This document shows positions 25,030 to 33,369 of a stretch of 64,000 nt of DNA, one piece after another; the first letter of the stretch is position 1, and every line of letters begins with the position of its first letter. Source of the stretch: an uncultured bacterium. Its GTDB lineage: Bacteria; Omnitrophota; Gorgyraeia; Duberdicusellales; CBEUCJ01. The stretch covers positions 195,754 to 259,753 of the forward strand of contig CBEUCJ010000001.1 in the NCBI GenBank assembly GCA_965541615.1, read 5' to 3'. The notes under the pieces were generated by a model. That model was given only the letters and a program-made list of their open reading frames with translations, was not told the DNA's origin and did no database searches. Made by a program: the position numbers and the translations under genes.

Positions 25030-26490
25030 ATGAGAAGTGATACAAATAATACAATGAAAAATTTACTATTTGTATTTGGTATATTATTTCTCTTAAGACT
25101 GTACCATCTATCCTTTCAAGACTTCTGGTACGATGAAATATACACAGTTCGACATGTGAAAGTGCCTTGGTTTATTTGGAATCCTCCTTTTTATTACATT
25201 TTTCTTCATTTTTGGATAAGACTTTTTGGTATTTGTGAATTTTCTTTGAGATTTCCTTCTTTGATTTTCAGTTTTTTATCTTGTATATTGTTATTTTTAT
25301 TGGGTAAAAGACTCTTTAATGAAAAGATAGCTTTTATTGCTGTGCTTTTTATGGGATTATCTCCTTTTCAAATATGGTATGCTCAAGAAGCACGCAGTTA
25401 TAGCATGTTATTATTTTTCTCTTTATTGTCAAATTATTTATTTTTAAAAGCGATAGAAAAGGATAAACTACAATTATGGCTTTATTTTGTAGTAGTCTCA
25501 AGTTTGGGAGTTTATGTTAATTACTTTTTTATTTTTTTAATTGTAACTCAATTATTTTATCTTCTTTTTTCTAGGAAATTATCTTTATCTAAATTAGGTT
25601 TCTTTTCATTAATTTCAATTTTATTTTTGCCTTATTTAAAAAGATTTCTAGCAAAGTTTTTTACAGTGAAGAACGGTTTTTGGATCCCTCCTCCTTACAT
25701 GATGTCTTTTATATTTACATTAGAAAATTTTATTTTAGGATATAATGCTTTTTCTTTTTTGTATCGTTTGATAGATATTATAATTGCAGTAAGTTTTTTT
25801 GTGAGCTTGGCATATTCTTTAAAAATATTTGGAAAAAACGTTTTATTTTGTTTTTTCTTTCTCTTTTCCCCTCTTATATTAGTTTTTACCTTTTCTAAAC
25901 TATTTTTTTCTATTTATTTAGATAGAGGGTTAATATTTTCAAGCCCATATTTGTATTTACTTTTATCTTTGGGTTTATTTTATCTACCAAAAGGAGTAGT
26001 AAAACTTATAATTTTTAGTATAGTAGGATATAGTCTATTCTTCAGCCTTTTCCTTTACTACCGTAATGATTTTCTTTCTCCCCCTTTTCATCATATAGGT
26101 GTGGTGCCTAAATTGCCTATAAAGCCCCTCGTAAAATTTGTGGAGAATAATTTTAAGGAGGGAGATATGATTTTTTTTACAAATTATTCTCTTCTGCCTT
26201 CTTTTAGATTTTATAGTAAGAAAAAAGAATTATTATATTTTTTGTTTTTTCCTGGTAAAGCATTTAATCCTTTTTCTGCAAAACCTATTCAAGAAGCTTT
26301 ATTTCAAATTTCTGTTCAGAAAGTAAAAAAATTAAAATTTAATAAATTGTGGGTGATTTCCTGTAACTGGGAAAGAGACGGTTATTTAGATGAAAATTCA
26401 AAAGCAGTTAATGATTTTTTAATTAAGAATTTTAAATTAGAATTAGTAAAGGAAATCGATAAGACATGGGTATATAGATACAGCAGGTAA
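25030..26490 (+). CDS. GT-C fold membrane glycosyltransferase (ArnT/PMT, GT39/GT83-like)
   Basis: About 12 hydrophobic helices; QDFWYDEIYT first-loop DE motif typical of ArnT/PMT-type GT-C enzymes. Confidence 0.45.
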   Translation: MRSDTNNTMKNLLFVFGILFLLRLYHLSFQDFWYDEIYTVRHVKVPWFIWNPPFYYIFLHFWIRLFGICEFSLRFPSLIFSFLSCILLFLLGKRLFNEKIAFIAVLFMGLSPFQIWYAQEARSYSMLLFFSLLSNYLFLKAIEKDKLQLWLYFVVVSSLGVYVNYFFIFLIVTQLFYLLFSRKLSLSKLGFFSLISILFLPYLKRFLAKFFTVKNGFWIPPPYMMSFIFTLENFILGYNAFSFLYRLIDIIIAVSFFVSLAYSLKIFGKNVLFCFFFLFSPLILVFTFSKLFFSIYLDRGLIFSSPYLYLLLSLGLFYLPKGVVKLIIFSIVGYSLFFSLFLYYRNDFLSPPFHHIGVVPKLPIKPLVKFVENNFKEGDMIFFTNYSLLPSFRFYSKKKELLYFLFFPGKAFNPFSAKPIQEALFQISVQKVKKLKFNKLWVISCNWERDGYLDENSKAVNDFLIKNFKLELVKEIDKTWVYRYSR

Positions 26491-26560
26491 TGTTCTCAAT
26501 TTATATTTTAGTATTTGTATGAATTACTTGAGAAATACTCTAAATTCATTTTTGATGTAA

Positions 26561-27727
26561 ATGAACGTTCTGATGATACATCCTCATGATTTGTTCGCAT
26601 GTGCAGAACCCTGGACAATAAGAATTATAAATATTGCAAAAGAGTTTGTAAAATTAAATCATAAAGTAAGACTTTGTTATTTTCCTTTATCTTTTGGAGA
26701 AAAAAATACGAAAAAAATTGATTCTATAGAAATTTTTCCCTTGGAAAGGAGACCAACTCCAATTTCATTTTTGAGAAATGTAAAAAAATTGATAGAATTA
26801 GCAAAATGGGCAGATGTAATTCATTTTCAAAAATGTCATCATTATTCAGCTATACCTGCAGTTTTAGCTGCTTATATTACAGGAAAACCCCTTCATTATG
26901 ATTGGGATGATTGGGAGGAAAAAATATGGTATGAGTCTTGTGGTAAAAGTTTACATTCAAGATTTATAGGTGTTTCTTTTAAAATTTTAGAAAGATGGCT
27001 TCCTGTTTTGGCTGATTCAGTTTCATGTTCTAGTAATTATCTAAAAAAAATAGCTTATAAATATGGAGTAAAAAAAGAATATATTTTTGATAGCCCTGTG
27101 GGGGCAGATTTAGAAAAATTTAGACCTGATTTAAATGGAAGCTGGGTTAGAGAAAAATACGATATAAAGGAACATTTAGTTTTATATATAGGGCAACTTC
27201 ATGGTGCTCAATATGTGGATTTATTCATAAAAGCAGCAAATATAGTTTTACATGAAAAACCAAATGCTACTTTTATGATTGTAGGAGAAGGATTTTTAAG
27301 GAGAAAATTAGAAAGATTAGTACAGGATTTAGGAATAGAAAATAAAGTTATTTTTACAGGAGCTGTTCCTCATAAAGAGATTCCTTATTATATTTGTGCA
27401 GCTGATATTTGTGTAGCTTCTTTTAAAAAAACAGAAGTGACTCAATGCAAATCTCCGTTAAAAATTGTAGAATATTTAGCTTGTGGAAAGCCAGTTGTAG
27501 CAAGTTTAGTAGGAGAAGTAAGAAGTATGGTGGGAGGAGTAGGTGTGTTAGTAGAACCTGGTAATCATTTGAATTTAGCAAAAGCTATAATCTTTCTTCT
27601 TGAAAATGAAGAGATAAGAAAAGAATTAGGCAAAAGAGCAAGAAAAAGAGTAGAATACAAATACAACTGGAATTTTACTGCTAAATCGATACTTTCTGCT
27701 TATGAAAAGATTTTAAATGACCCATGA
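26561..27727 (+). CDS. glycosyltransferase family 4 (GT-B)
   Basis: LVLYIGQLHGAQYVDLFIKAA...FMIVGEGFLRRKLERL...IFTGAVPHKEIPYYICAADICV...EYLACGKPVVAS is the canonical GT4 C-terminal domain. Confidence 0.65.
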   Translation: MNVLMIHPHDLFACAEPWTIRIINIAKEFVKLNHKVRLCYFPLSFGEKNTKKIDSIEIFPLERRPTPISFLRNVKKLIELAKWADVIHFQKCHHYSAIPAVLAAYITGKPLHYDWDDWEEKIWYESCGKSLHSRFIGVSFKILERWLPVLADSVSCSSNYLKKIAYKYGVKKEYIFDSPVGADLEKFRPDLNGSWVREKYDIKEHLVLYIGQLHGAQYVDLFIKAANIVLHEKPNATFMIVGEGFLRRKLERLVQDLGIENKVIFTGAVPHKEIPYYICAADICVASFKKTEVTQCKSPLKIVEYLACGKPVVASLVGEVRSMVGGVGVLVEPGNHLNLAKAIIFLLENEEIRKELGKRARKRVEYKYNWNFTAKSILSAYEKILNDP

Positions 27728-28170
27728 AAAGAGCTAACTATAAGTTACTGGGAGAGATTTTAGTAGAAGAGGGATTTATTAAAAAAGAGGATTTAGAAAT
27801 AGCGTTGGAAAGAAAAAAAAGAGAAAAGAAAATGTTAGGAGAAATTCTTTTAGAAATGGGTAGCTTAAAAGAAGAGGAGTTAGTTCAAGTTTTAAGTCTT
27901 CAATTTGGTTCTTCTTATTTACCTTTGGATAATTATGAGATAGATTTTCAAATAGTAAAAAGAATCCCTCAGGATATAATAGAAAAATATAAGATAATTC
28001 CTATCGATATTATTGGGAATATTTTAACGATAGTTACATTCGATCCTTCAAATTTAGAGTTAGAAGAATTGGAGAACGTATTAGGGTTTGATATACAGGT
28101 TTTTATATGTACAAAAAGTGAATTTGAGAGGGCTTTAAAGAAAATTAAACAGAATGTTTCTTCAGGATAA
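27724..28170 (+). CDS. stand-alone T2SSE_N (GspE N-terminal) domain protein with tandem MshEN-like c-di-GMP-binding motifs
   Basis: KLLGEILVEEGFIKKEDLEIALERKK + KMLGEILLEMGSLKEEELVQVLSLQ match the paired 24-residue MshEN motif. This is followed by the T2SSE_N fold (IIPIDIIGNILTIVTFDPSN). Confidence 0.5.
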   Translation: MKRANYKLLGEILVEEGFIKKEDLEIALERKKREKKMLGEILLEMGSLKEEELVQVLSLQFGSSYLPLDNYEIDFQIVKRIPQDIIEKYKIIPIDIIGNILTIVTFDPSNLELEELENVLGFDIQVFICTKSEFERALKKIKQNVSSG

Positions 28171-29851
28171 ACTTAAAGAAATATTAATTGAAAAAAAACT
28201 CATTGCTGAAGATGATCTTAAAAATGCTTTGAAGCTTCAAAAAGAAAAAGGAGGATTACTTTCAGATATATTAATAAAAATGGGTTTAATAGATGAAAAA
28301 AGATTAACTTTGGCTCTAAGCCAAAGTTTAAACATCCCTGTCTTAAGATTGAGTAAATTTAAAATAGATAAAGAGGTAATAAAACTTATGCCTTTGGAAT
28401 TGATAAAAAAATACCAGATTTTACCTTTAGCAAAAATAGGAAAAATACTTACTGTAGCTTTAGGAGACCCTCTAAATATTTTTGCTATAGATGATTTAAA
28501 AGCTGTAACTGGTTTACATATAAATCCTATTTTAGCTTTACCTTCAGAAGTAAAAGAAAATATAAATAAACTTTTTGCTCAAGATACAGAAAGAACTTTA
28601 GAAGAGATTTTAAAGAAAACTGAGAAACCAAATTTAGAGTTTATCCCTGTTCAGAAAGAGGAGTTGAGTACTCAAGAAGTTGAAGAAGCTCCTATCGTTA
28701 AGTACACTTATACTTTACTTAAAAAAGCCATAGAGAAAAGAGCTTCAGATATCTTAATAGAGCCTTTAGAGAAGAAAGTGAAGATAAGATTTAGAATAGA
28801 TGGTGTTTTACGTGAAGAGGAGTTAATCCCTAAGAATGTGCATAATTTTATTGTTACAAGGATAAAAGTAATGTCTAAATTAAATGTAGCTGAACACAGA
28901 CTTCCTCAAGATGGTAGGTTTAAGATAAAAATCAATAACAGAGAGATAGATTTTAGAGTTTCTATTCTCCCTTCAAGTTTTGGAGAAAAGATAGCTTTAA
29001 GAGTTTTAGATAAAAGTATGGGGTTGTTAGATTTAGATAGTTTAGGTTTTGAAAAAGATAATTTGGAAAAGATTAAAAAATCTGCTTCTATGCCCCATGG
29101 AATGATTTTGGTTTGTGGTCCTTCAGGTTCAGGTAAGACCACCACACTTTATGCTATCCTTAAATTCGTTGATTCTCCTGAGAAAAATTTGATTACAGTT
29201 GAGGATCCTGTAGAATATCAGATAAAAACAGCTACACAGATAAATGTAAATCCTGAAGTAGGTTTAACTTTTGCTTCTGCTTTGAGATCTATTTTAAGAC
29301 AAGACCCAGATATCATAATGGTTGGAGAGATTAGAGATCCAGAGACTTTAGATATAGCTATAAAAGCTGCTTTAACAGGACATTTGTTGTTATCTACAGT
29401 TCATACTACCACAGCTTCAGGAGCAATAGTTAGGTTATTAAATATGGGAGCAGAAAATTATCTTTTAACTTCATGTTTAATATGTGTGATAGCTCAGAGG
29501 TTAGTTAGAAAACTATGTGAGCATTGTAAAGAAGAGAAGTTAATAAAAAGAGAAATAATTGAGAGATTAAAAATGCCTTGTAAATCTTGTGAAGAAAATG
29601 TAAGAGTATTTGTTCCTAAAGGATGCGATAAATGTTTTAACACAGGTTATTTAGGAAGGATTGGAATATGTGAGGTTTTATCTATGAGTAATGAAATCAG
29701 AGAATTAATTTTAAAAAATGCACAGGAATCTGAGATTAGAAATAAAGCTAGATCAGAAGGGATGAGGACTCTAAGAGAAGATGGATTTGTTAAGGTAATC
29801 AAAGGGATTACTTCTTTAGATGAAGTTTTAAGGATAACAGCTCCAGAGTAG
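28154..29851 (+). CDS. pilB: type IV pilus assembly ATPase PilB/GspE family
   Basis: Walker A LVCGPSGSGKTTTLYA; VGEIRDPETLDIAIKAALTGHLLLSTVHT; tetracysteine CEHCK...CKSCE...GCDKC; N-terminal T2SSE_N domain with weaker MshEN-like motifs (KLKEILIEKKLIAEDDLKNALKLQ...LLSDILIKMGLIDEKRLTLALSQ). Confidence 0.8.
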   Translation: MFLQDKLKEILIEKKLIAEDDLKNALKLQKEKGGLLSDILIKMGLIDEKRLTLALSQSLNIPVLRLSKFKIDKEVIKLMPLELIKKYQILPLAKIGKILTVALGDPLNIFAIDDLKAVTGLHINPILALPSEVKENINKLFAQDTERTLEEILKKTEKPNLEFIPVQKEELSTQEVEEAPIVKYTYTLLKKAIEKRASDILIEPLEKKVKIRFRIDGVLREEELIPKNVHNFIVTRIKVMSKLNVAEHRLPQDGRFKIKINNREIDFRVSILPSSFGEKIALRVLDKSMGLLDLDSLGFEKDNLEKIKKSASMPHGMILVCGPSGSGKTTTLYAILKFVDSPEKNLITVEDPVEYQIKTATQINVNPEVGLTFASALRSILRQDPDIIMVGEIRDPETLDIAIKAALTGHLLLSTVHTTTASGAIVRLLNMGAENYLLTSCLICVIAQRLVRKLCEHCKEEKLIKREIIERLKMPCKSCEENVRVFVPKGCDKCFNTGYLGRIGICEVLSMSNEIRELILKNAQESEIRNKARSEGMRTLREDGFVKVIKGITSLDEVLRITAPE

Positions 29852-29855
29852 TTTT

Positions 29856-31544
29856 ATGAGACTTAAAGAGAAAATACTTGTTAAGTTAAAGAATAAAGGG
29901 ATTTCAGAAAATGAGATAAAAGAACTCTTAGCTATAAAAGAGTTTTCTGAATTTAAAGAAAGATTGTTTTCTGAAAAATTACTTACAAAAGAAGAATTTT
30001 TAAAGATACTTTCTGAAGAATTTCAGATTCCTTTGATAAATTTAAAAGATTTAAAGATTAGCAAGGATTTAAAAAAACTTTTACCTAAAGATACAGCCTT
30101 AAAGTATAAAATAGCACCTGTTGAAAGTAGAGAGAATATTTTAAAAATAGCTATCTCAGATCCTTCTGATATTTTTGTCAAACAGGATTTAGAAATCTTA
30201 GTTAATAAGAAAATAGAGTATGTTTTAGCTTCAGAAGAAGAGATTAAGATTCTTCAGGAAAGATTATATGGACTTGAAAAAGATACTGTAGATATCTTAA
30301 AAGAAGTAAAAGATTTAGGTGAGCCTGAACTTACAGAAGTTGAAGAGCTGAAAGTAGATTCAGTTATAAGAGAAGCAGAAAGACCACCCATAGTAAAAAT
30401 AGTAGATTTACTCCTTTATGAAGGTTTAAGAAGGAGAGCTTCAGATATTCATATAGAACCTAAAGAAGATTGCTTGAAAGTAAGATACAGAATAGATGGC
30501 ATCTTACAAGAAGCTTACAACATTCCTAAAAAAAATCAAAATGCTATTATTGCCAGATTGAAGATAATGTCCAGATTAGATATGACTGAAACAAGGATTC
30601 CTCAAGATGGAAGATTTAAGGTAAAATTTGAAGGTAGAGAAATAGACTTTAGGGTTTCAAGTCTTCCTTCAATTTTTGGAGAAAAATTTGTTTTAAGGAT
30701 TTTAGACAAAGAGAATCTTTTTGTAGGATTAGATAAATTAGGATTTTCACCTGAACCCTTAGAGATATTTAAAGAAGCTATTAAAAGACCTTTTGGGATG
30801 ATTTTGGTAACAGGTCCTACAGGTTCTGGAAAGTCTACGACACTCTATTCTATAATTCAACAGTTAAACACTCCTGATAGAAATATAATAACCATTGAAG
30901 ACCCTGTAGAGTATCAAATAGAAGGAATAACTCAAATTCAAGTAAGACCTGAAATAGGATTAGATTTTGCTCAAGGATTAAGAGCTATATTACGCCAAAG
31001 TCCAGATATTATCTTAGTAGGTGAGATTAGAGATACTGAGACTGCTGACATAGCTATAAAAGCTGCTTTGACAGGGACTTTGATTTTATCTACATTACAC
31101 ACAAATGATGCTTGTGGAGCTATTACGAGATTAGAGAACATGGGAATAGAACCTTTCTTGATAGCTTCTTCATTGATATTGGTTACTGCTCAAAGATTAT
31201 GTAGAAAAATTTGTGATAAATGCAAATATAGTTATAATGTTTCAGAAGTAGTTTTAAAAAGATTGGGATTAGAGCATTTGAAAGATAAAAAATTTTATTA
31301 TGGAAAAGGATGCCAAAATTGTAATAATACAGGTTACAAAGGTAGGACCCCTATTTTAGAATGTTTGTATATAGATGATGCAGTAAAAGAGTTAATAATA
31401 AAGTGTGCTTCTAGTGATCAAATTAAAAATTTTGTGATAAAAAACAAAGGATTTAAGACTTTGAGAGACGATGCTCTTAAGAAATGTTTAGAAGGAGTTA
31501 TAAGTTTAGAAGAGATGGTAAGAGTAACTGCTGAGGAGGAGTAA
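29856..31544 (+). CDS. second PilB/GspE-type assembly ATPase (paralog)
   Basis: LVTGPTGSGKSTTLYS; VGEIRDTETADIAIKAALTGTLILSTLHT; CDKCK...GCQNCNNTGYKGR; 562 aa with an N-terminal T2SSE_N domain, so assembly-type, not PilT. Confidence 0.75.
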   Translation: MRLKEKILVKLKNKGISENEIKELLAIKEFSEFKERLFSEKLLTKEEFLKILSEEFQIPLINLKDLKISKDLKKLLPKDTALKYKIAPVESRENILKIAISDPSDIFVKQDLEILVNKKIEYVLASEEEIKILQERLYGLEKDTVDILKEVKDLGEPELTEVEELKVDSVIREAERPPIVKIVDLLLYEGLRRRASDIHIEPKEDCLKVRYRIDGILQEAYNIPKKNQNAIIARLKIMSRLDMTETRIPQDGRFKVKFEGREIDFRVSSLPSIFGEKFVLRILDKENLFVGLDKLGFSPEPLEIFKEAIKRPFGMILVTGPTGSGKSTTLYSIIQQLNTPDRNIITIEDPVEYQIEGITQIQVRPEIGLDFAQGLRAILRQSPDIILVGEIRDTETADIAIKAALTGTLILSTLHTNDACGAITRLENMGIEPFLIASSLILVTAQRLCRKICDKCKYSYNVSEVVLKRLGLEHLKDKKFYYGKGCQNCNNTGYKGRTPILECLYIDDAVKELIIKCASSDQIKNFVIKNKGFKTLRDDALKKCLEGVISLEEMVRVTAEEE

Positions 31545-31551
31545 TTTTTAG

Positions 31552-32757
31552 ATGCCTTATTATAAGTACATAGCTGAGAATTCTGAAGGCAAAAAGATAA
31601 AAGGAGTAATTCAAGCTTCAGAGGAATCTGAAGTAGTTCAAAAGTTAAGAGAAGAAGGTTTAGTCCTTTTAGATTTAAAAGAGACTAAAAAAGGCATAGT
31701 TAAAAATATAGTCAGAGGGAAAATAAAATTAGAGGATTTAGCTTCTTTTTCAAGACAGTTAGCTACCATACTTCAAAGTGGGATCCCTCTGGTAGAAGGT
31801 TTAGGAATACTCTCTCAGCAAGTAACAAATCCTGCTTTTAAGAAGATAATCTCTAATATTCAAAAAGAGATTAAAGAGGGATTGGCTTTTTCAGATTCTT
31901 TAAAAAAATACCCAAATGTGTTTTCAGAATTATACATAAATATGGTAAAAGCTGGTGAAGCTTCAGGTTTATTAGATGAAATTTTAGATAGGTTAGCTAG
32001 TTACTTAGAAAGAACAGTTCAACTCCAGCATAAGATAAAATCTAGTTTAATGTATCCAATTGTAGTAGTTTTAATGGCTATAGGAATAACTGCTTTTTTG
32101 ATGGTAAAAGTAATCCCTACTTTTAAAGAAATCTTTGAGATGTTAGAGGCAAAATTACCTTTACCTACCAGGATTTTAATAAAAATAAGTGAATTTTTTA
32201 AAAATAGCTTTATTTTTATCTTAATGGGATTAGGGATAGGTGTTTTTATTTTCTTGCAGGGTTTGAAAAATCCTAAATTTAAAAAGATAGTAGATGCAAA
32301 TGTTTTAAGAATTCCTGTATTTGGTGATTTATGTAAGAAGATAGCTATAGCTAAATTTTCAAGGACTTTAGCTACTTTGATTAAAAGTGGTGTCTCTATA
32401 TTACAGTCTTTAGAGATAGTAGCTAAGACTTCAGGAAATAAGATTATTGAAGAAGCTGTATTAAAAGCAAGAGAGAGTATAAAGGAAGGTGAGTTTTTGG
32501 CTGCTCCTTTAGAAAAAACTCAAATTTTTCCTCCATTAGTAGTTAGGATGATAGCTGTAGGTGAAAAGACAGGAAAGTTAGAATTTATGTTGTCTAAAAT
32601 TGCTGATTTTTATGATGAAGAAGTTTCAACTACTGTATCTAATTTAATGAGTTTGATAGAACCACTTATTATTGGTTTTTTAGGAATAGTAATTGGAGGA
32701 ATAGTTGTTTCATTATTCTTACCTATATTAAAAATTACACAGTTAGTAGGAAGATAA
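31552..32757 (+). CDS. pilC: type IV pilus platform protein PilC/GspF
   Basis: Two T2SSF repeats (SFSRQLATILQSGIPLVEGL / KFSRTLATLIKSGVSILQSL); three TM segments. Confidence 0.8.
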   Translation: MPYYKYIAENSEGKKIKGVIQASEESEVVQKLREEGLVLLDLKETKKGIVKNIVRGKIKLEDLASFSRQLATILQSGIPLVEGLGILSQQVTNPAFKKIISNIQKEIKEGLAFSDSLKKYPNVFSELYINMVKAGEASGLLDEILDRLASYLERTVQLQHKIKSSLMYPIVVVLMAIGITAFLMVKVIPTFKEIFEMLEAKLPLPTRILIKISEFFKNSFIFILMGLGIGVFIFLQGLKNPKFKKIVDANVLRIPVFGDLCKKIAIAKFSRTLATLIKSGVSILQSLEIVAKTSGNKIIEEAVLKARESIKEGEFLAAPLEKTQIFPPLVVRMIAVGEKTGKLEFMLSKIADFYDEEVSTTVSNLMSLIEPLIIGFLGIVIGGIVVSLFLPILKITQLVGR

Positions 32758-32760
32758 AGC

Positions 32761-32789
32761 TTGACACCCTAAATTTTGAATAGTAAACT
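32761..32789 (+). promoter_or_regulatory. sigma70-like promoter for the pilin gene (-35 TTGACA, 17-nt spacer, -10 TAAACT), with a strong SD AGGAGGTG at 32841-32848
   Basis: ttgacaccctaaattttgaatagtaaact read directly; the SD lies 9 nt before the ATG at 32858. Confidence 0.45.
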
Positions 32790-32857
32790 TTAAAAGTAGA
32801 TTTAAAAATAGAAAATAAAGTTTTAATTTTGTTTAAAGAAAGGAGGTGTTTTAAAAG

Positions 32858-33304
32858 ATGAAGAAAGGTTTTACTTTAGTAGAAATTATGATTGTAGTCG
32901 CTATCATTGCTTTATTAGCAGCTATAGCTATCCCTAACTTACTACGTGCAAGATTGAATGCTAATGAATCTGCTGCAATAGCAGCTTTACAGACTATTTC
33001 TTCTGCAGCTCAAAGTTATAGAGCTGTAAATCCTACTTTTCCTGCTAATTTGAGTGCGTTGGGTAATGCAACTCCTCCTTACATTGATAGTGTCTTAGCA
33101 AGTGGGTCAAAGCAAGGATATAACTTTACTCTTTCAGGTAGCACAAACACTTTTTTGGCTATAGCTTATCCTCAAATTCATGGAAAAACAGGTAGACGTT
33201 CTTTCTGTGTAGATGAGAGTGGAGTTATAAGATACACAGACCCAGGTTCAGCAGTTACTAGTCCTTCTGCTTGTGATAGCAGTTTTGGGAATCCAATAGA
33301 ATAA
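32858..33304 (+). CDS. pilA: type IV pilin (major pilin, PilA-like)
   Basis: MKKGFTLVEIMIVVAIIALLAAIAIP: class III signal with G/FTLVE prepilin cleavage-methylation motif; C-terminal Cys pair. Confidence 0.8.
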   Translation: MKKGFTLVEIMIVVAIIALLAAIAIPNLLRARLNANESAAIAALQTISSAAQSYRAVNPTFPANLSALGNATPPYIDSVLASGSKQGYNFTLSGSTNTFLAIAYPQIHGKTGRRSFCVDESGVIRYTDPGSAVTSPSACDSSFGNPIE

Positions 33305-33334
33305 TAATTTTTTTGTTTTTATGTTAATTAAAAA

Positions 33335-33364
33335 GGGGGCTTTAAAAAGCCCCCTTAATTTTTT
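33335..33364 (+). terminator. rho-independent terminator after the pilin gene
   Basis: GGGGGCTTT-aa-AAAGCCCCC perfect 9-bp stem followed by TTAATTTTTT. Confidence 0.7.
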
Positions 33365-33369
33365 AAAGT

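Noticed and set aside
32858-33304. N-x-S/T sequons in the pilin (GNATPP, YNFTLS), as possible PglB-type N-glycosylation sites
   Set aside because: They lack the acidic residue at -2 (D/E-x-N-x-S/T) required by bacterial PglB, and no pglB-like oligosaccharyltransferase is evident. O-glycosylation remains possible (see findings).
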